A DNA stretch of 64,000 nt, taken from positions 256,001-320,000 of the forward strand of contig CP000070.1 of the NCBI GenBank assembly GCA_000002445.1. The letters run 5' to 3'. The position numbers and the translations under genes are program-made. The notes under the pieces are model-generated. The model saw only the letters and a list, made by a program, of their open reading frames with translations. It searched no databases and had not been told where the DNA came from. Positions 62,350 through 64,000 of this stretch are shown here, piece by piece (positions within the stretch are counted from its first letter, which is position 1; every line of letters starts with the position of its first letter). The DNA comes from Trypanosoma brucei (lineage: Eukaryota).

Positions 62350-64000
62350 ATGAGGCCCACACCAGACCAGACTAAGGAACAACAAAACCGTTTTCGGAAG
62401 TCATTGGAGGGACTGTCAGTAGTTGAGAAAATCACGGATTTTTTGCATGCTGTGTGCCGAGTGTCTAATGGGCGGGGCTCTGCCATCCTCGTGGGTCTCC
62501 CGCGTCATCACCGGCAACAATTAGTTTTCCTCAACAATGGCCATACGAAGAGCCGGCACGTTGGCGGACCCGAGGGACGAGATGAACAGCGAGAAGCTGA
62601 GTGTAGCGGTGTACTGCTTACCACATCATTTGTCTTTCCTAACAGGGATGAAGCACAAGGCTCGAGTGTAACATTCTTGGAACAACCCGTCGTTGGGACA
62701 AGTGCACGGCATGGTCGCCCGATTTGGTCTGTACAAGCACCCGTGTGTGCTGACAAGGTATTTTATCAGCACGTGAACGCGAATTTACCGAAGAAGCACA
62801 ATCCACAACCGCCGCCTCCGCCTCCGCGGGGGATGTATGGCACGCACGATGCCGAAAGCAGAAACAACGGGCCCTATACATTTGCCGACAGTAACATTTC
62901 CAGCACGTTTGGCTATGAGGAAGACGGGGTGCTCGGTTTCACCTTCACGGTGTGCAATATGAAATCGTTACACTGCCCTCGCCAGTCCGCTTTCTTTTCT
63001 CGCAGATCTTCTCTAGCGGGTAAGCCGCAGCGTCCCCCTCCATCGGGGGATCCGTTCGATTCTTTCACAGATTTTCAGTCATCCAACAACTCCACATTCC
63101 AAGCAAAGAGTTCCGAAAGGGTTTATAGCCCTCATAGCTCCATATCGGAAATGAGCGTCTGCGGGTCGTTTGGTGGAAACGCTAATTGGCGGTCGTTGAA
63201 AGGAATTAGTTCAAGGAGCCCTATTAGGCCCCTTCCTCTCCCTCTCCTTCTGTCAAATCTCCCACCAGTTCGGGTGGGGGACACACATCTTATTGTCGCG
63301 CACATCAACGGCAAGGAGCGGCGCTCTGTTGTAGTGGTTGTCAAGAGTGTAGAGAGCGAGTATTGTGAGTATGATTTCTTTGATCTCGAATGGGAATACA
63401 GCAGCGGTGGCCCGATTTTTGATATGCAGGGGAACTTTATAGGGATTCAACATCAGGTTGGTTTTAGCGCCTACGGCATATTCACCACCGCCATTGTTCG
63501 TGACCTTTTTAAGTCGATGCGCCTCGGCATATGTCGCATACCAATTGGGGATACATCAAATGACATGGCAGAGCGAAGCGTGCACTCGGGAACAGGGGAG
63601 GATGCGCTCAGTCAATTGTTTCGTGTTGAAGGGGGGCATTCCAACCTGAACGTTGGAGCTGGTGATCAAATAATTCCCTTTGAAGACTTTCAGCGGTTGC
63701 ACCTGCGTGACACAATTAAGAAAACAAAGTTGTCATCTGCTGGGGATCCCCCCACGAGTGACGCAGTTTGGGAGGAATTTCACACGGATTTCAACAGCAT
63801 CGTGCTCATGCTCCACGCCTTTGCACACGCGCCACAGATAACAAAAACAGCGCTTAGGGAGATGGCGAGCAATGAATACACAAAGTATCTCCCGAACGCC
63901 GCTTCTATGGGGGGAATTGGGATTCTTCTAGAAATCATTGATGAATACGCAAACGACGTGGAGATCGTGTTGGCCGCCGTAATTGTTCTCGCACGTGTGT
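62350..64000 (+). CDS. Partial CDS that runs off the window end, with a trypsin/HtrA-like serine peptidase motif
   Basis: An open frame from the ATG at 62350 to position 64000 with no stop (my own translation). It contains ...EYSSGGPIFDMQGNFIGIQHQ, which resembles the chymotrypsin-fold active-site region GNSGGPLvn.dGeVIGInt. Confidence 0.45.
   Translation, partial: MRPTPDQTKEQQNRFRKSLEGLSVVEKITDFLHAVCRVSNGRGSAILVGLPRHHRQQLVFLNNGHTKSRHVGGPEGRDEQREAECSGVLLTTSFVFPNRDEAQGSSVTFLEQPVVGTSARHGRPIWSVQAPVCADKVFYQHVNANLPKKHNPQPPPPPPRGMYGTHDAESRNNGPYTFADSNISSTFGYEEDGVLGFTFTVCNMKSLHCPRQSAFFSRRSSLAGKPQRPPPSGDPFDSFTDFQSSNNSTFQAKSSERVYSPHSSISEMSVCGSFGGNANWRSLKGISSRSPIRPLPLPLLLSNLPPVRVGDTHLIVAHINGKERRSVVVVVKSVESEYCEYDFFDLEWEYSSGGPIFDMQGNFIGIQHQVGFSAYGIFTTAIVRDLFKSMRLGICRIPIGDTSNDMAERSVHSGTGEDALSQLFRVEGGHSNLNVGAGDQIIPFEDFQRLHLRDTIKKTKLSSAGDPPTSDAVWEEFHTDFNSIVLMLHAFAHAPQITKTALREMASNEYTKYLPNAASMGGIGILLEIIDEYANDVEIVLAAVIVLARV

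Noticed and set aside
1-64000. Search for retroelements (ingi/RIME/SLACS), VSG/ESAG-like genes or strand-switch regions
   Set aside because: No reverse-transcriptase or endonuclease ORFs, no long terminal duplications and no VSG-like Cys-rich ORFs were seen. All genes are co-directional, so the window is core housekeeping sequence rather than subtelomeric or strand-switch sequence.

Overview
This window looks like a nuclear chromosomal segment from a kinetoplastid. The gene content and order point to Trypanosoma brucei chromosome 7, near the asparagine synthetase A / TDPX (non-selenium glutathione-peroxidase-type tryparedoxin peroxidase) locus. That assignment is an inference from memory, not a database hit.

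All ~26 convincing protein-coding ORFs lie on the + strand. This is what a single head-to-tail polycistronic transcription unit looks like, with polypyrimidine tracts plus AG dinucleotides (spliced-leader acceptor sites) upstream of the genes.

Genes I can support from sequence:
- a J-domain protein with HTD in place of HPD;
- a catalytically degenerate PIF1-like P-loop protein (possibly PIF8);
- a divergent HSP70;
- two tandem 40S ribosomal protein S16 genes;
- a KREX1-like RNA-editing exonuclease (EEP domain);
- a SNF2 ATPase with an embedded RING finger (RAD5/RAD16-like);
- bacterial-type asparagine synthetase A (AsnA);
- three tandem TDPX genes, the third carrying an N-terminal presequence and a C-terminal ARL;
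- Y14 (exon-junction complex) and an RBMX2/Snu17-like RRM protein;
- two RCC1-repeat proteins;
- a large protein with a C-terminal MAEA/RMD5 (GID/CTLH)-type RING;
- a partial trypsin/HtrA-like gene that runs off the window end;
- one tRNA-Gly(GCC) with a Pol III T-run terminator, embedded in the Pol II array.

I see no CRISPR array, no prokaryotic operon and no mobile element. (TA)n and (GT)n microsatellites and long AT-rich intergenic stretches are present. This is a core, largely housekeeping region, and I found no evidence of a genuinely undescribed system. The findings below are the points worth a second look.
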